DNA of 56,682 nucleotides, the filler included, from Platydemus manokwari (taxonomy: Eukaryota), in NCBI GenBank assembly GCA_037951405.1. It is 5 parts of 5 records of this genome, joined end to end, with 100 filler letters (N's around TTAATTAATTAA, not from the genome) between each part and the next. Parts side by side here need not be neighbours in the genome. Positions count along the whole stretch, not along the records: positions 39,932 to 56,682 come from JBBMOY011146993.1; 4 more parts are not named here. One strand, 5' to 3'. The translations under genes were made by a program, and so were the position numbers. Under the pieces are notes generated by a model. It made no database searches, was not told the origin of the DNA, and saw only the letters and a program-made list of their open reading frames with translations. This document shows positions 54,194-56,682 of this stretch, one piece after another (position 1 is the stretch's first letter; each line of letters starts with the position of its first letter).

Positions 54194-54840
54194 ATTGAGA
54201 CTGATAAAATTAGAAACCCCTTTGGATCATTGTTCCAAATCAATTCTATCGTCATATAGTTTTGATTGTGAGGTGATTGTACCTTGGACTTGATTAGAAC
54301 TCATTTGAGACTGATTAAGGTGACGGTGATCCACAATAATCAATAACAATAAATTTTAAGACTGATTAAAACAAAAATTCCAACAAGCCCGAAACACATC
54401 ATAAAAATCTGTTTCATTAGTAGTTAGAATCTGTCTCGAAATAATTTTCACTAGAATCTTTCGCTGCAATTCCGAACACAAAATTTTAGTAGATGAATAT
54501 AGTGAACTTGTATACTATTTTTCTACTGATGTTATCGCTAATAATGTCTCCATTTATTTGCAATTTTTTAATTATGTATTTTTATGTCTGGTAACCATTT
54601 TTATTTGTTAATAAATTATATAACTGTTACGTTCGGGCCTTATTGATTTTTTTTGCTTTACTAAGCTTAATCCTATTTGATACCACTACTGTCTTAATCA
54701 GTCTCTAAGAGTTCTTGATTAAGGCCACAGGTGTAATTTACCTTTTATTGATGTTCTTTTACCTCGCACAGACTTATTGTGTGATGACAATAGGTGTAGC
54801 AGTAGCGATAAATTTTACTTATACTAATTATCAGTCTCAA
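54194..54840. repeat. Two diverged copies of one repeat in inverted orientation
   Basis: 54194-54398 (ttgagactgataa...agaactcatttgagactgattaag...aagcccgaa) versus the reverse complement of 54626-54840 (ttgagactgataa...agaactcttagagactgattaag...aggcccgaa). Confidence 0.65.
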
Positions 54841-55148
54841 ACTACAAATCCCTTTTTAAACTGTTAACTATGCTGATCACCACAATTACAAATAATGACC
54901 TATGATTGCTATATAAATTAGAACTAAAATTTGTTGTTACAAATATTTATTAATAATGACACCAATACATGAAAACCTGTTTAAACAATAATAAAATAAA
55001 ATTACAGATGAGTTTAGAACTACAATATACATCAAATTACACTAACAAGAAAACCCTACAATTTCCAGAATAAAGACGGTTAATAAACTGCAGGCTCTTG
55101 CAGCAAAACTGGTTACCATCAAGATCTTTGAGCAACAAACTCTGTGAG

Positions 55149-55272
55149 GATATCAAATTGAATTTATATTGAATTTAAATTTATATTAAATTTAGTTGAT
55201 ATTAAATTTAGTTGATATTTAATTCGGTTGATATTAAATTTAATTCGATATTGAATTTAAATTGATATTAAA
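55149..55272. repeat. AT-rich tandem repeat (GATATTAAATTTAGTT-like units)
   Basis: Directly visible. Confidence 0.7.
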
Positions 55273-56682
55273 TATTATTTATTTTGTTTAAATAATTGTA
55301 TTTAAATAGAATTGAATGTCGAGTCTTTTCATTTCTTTTTCGATGCGTTTTTTATAAAATAGTAACGGCTTAAAAACTCTATAATATGAGATAAAAGATA
55401 CAGTATATAATATAGATCAGTATTTTACAGGCACGGTCTTACTTTGGTTCTTCCAGCAAGTGCCGGGCATATACAGGAAAATTGATCTTCAGTGTCAGAT
55501 GATATTCTTGAGTGCGTCGAATGATGTGACCTTTTCAATTGATTTAACGTCAAACTTATATAGGCAGTGAATCACTCGCAGATATTGTCTGCGATTAAAT
55601 TACTTGCCAGTGAATTTATTCACTGGTGAGAGAAATTCTTTCTGAATAAATTTAATCGAGTGATATATTTTATTCTGCTATAGAATTTACATGCGCAAAA
55701 ACAGATGATAATTTATTTATCGCTGTTAGTGCGGGATATCTCATTACGTGTTAATATTTTATAAATTAATTTATTATTTTAGGGAATATCAATGGATTTG
55801 ATATTGGTTATTTTTATTGGTATTATTATTTTACATATATATGAATAATAATTGCTATGAATATCAATATTTCAGAGTAGCTGTTGCTCAAAAATCCCAA
55901 ACATTGCCAAAATATAAAAATACATACTGATTAAAAATAAAAATTGTTACAATAAAAATTAATACAACGTATTGAATTGAAGGTCACACCCAACCCAAAC
56001 TCTTCAATACAATTGCAAACATATCTAAATATTTAACATAATTACTATTTTTATTAATTAGATTTAACATTATTTAATTATTTGCTTACCAATTTTTTAA
56101 ATTTTTTATCGGATTTTGTTGGTGTCGGTAGATAGTCAAACTCTGGTTATCTATGATATTAAAGCAAAAGATTTAGCAATTAAAAAATAGGAAAATAACC
56201 TAGAAGATAGTGAGAACATTAATTATGTAAAATTATACGATGAAGACCCGAGAGCTTCTCTCAAAGATGTAGATAAACTTTTTGATTTATTAAATTAATT
56301 AAATTACAATGAACATAATCATTGAAAATACCAACAATAAGATCTATATTACAATTATTGATTAATCCCAATCACTAGATTAATTTCAAACAACTAAGAA
56401 AAAAAAATTAATTAATAAGAACTATAAATAAGCACTTTTTATTTAAATTAGATTTTTATCTCATCGAGACAACGATAATTTTATTTATAATTGCGATCTC
56501 CTTCAATAAAATAACGTTGTAGAAATTTACTTAAGATTACTGAGCCTTATCTCAAAATTTGATTTGAAGAGTTGAAATCTTAGTTTTTTTGTGAATTTAT
56601 TATTAACGAAAAGCAAGATATTCTTACCTTTGGACCATATAATTTTATTTAATTATATGATTTTTCTATTATATGATATTAT

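Overview
AT-rich eukaryotic genomic DNA with many 41-60 nt GT-AG introns, most consistent with a flatworm (planarian-like myosin N-terminus [16 protein letters not shown]). Four identical 100-nt spacers (N44-TTAATTAATTAA-N44) split the window into five contigs. Genes truncated at the spacers suggest the neighbouring contigs may not be truly adjacent. Supported genes: a complete muscle myosin II heavy chain (minus strand, 33 coding exons, ~1955 aa, with a pair of mutually exclusive loop-2 exons, one GC-AG intron and a TATA/Inr promoter); 6 exons of mitochondrial NAD kinase NADK2; the first 2 exons of an LPCAT-family acyltransferase; the last exon of glycogen phosphorylase, tail-to-tail with the myosin; and a BACK-domain (Kelch-like) exon. 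The most novel item is absent from the ORF track: an intact two-exon gene at 16818-17598 for a 90-aa protein with a signal peptide, a C-C-CC-CC ectodomain, one TM helix and a terminal CCCCC with no cytoplasmic tail (Shisa-like/STMC6 architecture). The rest is mostly TE debris: piggyBac and hAT MITEs, foldback elements, a mariner relic, gag/LTR relics and LINE fragments. No CRISPR, rRNA or tRNA genes were found.
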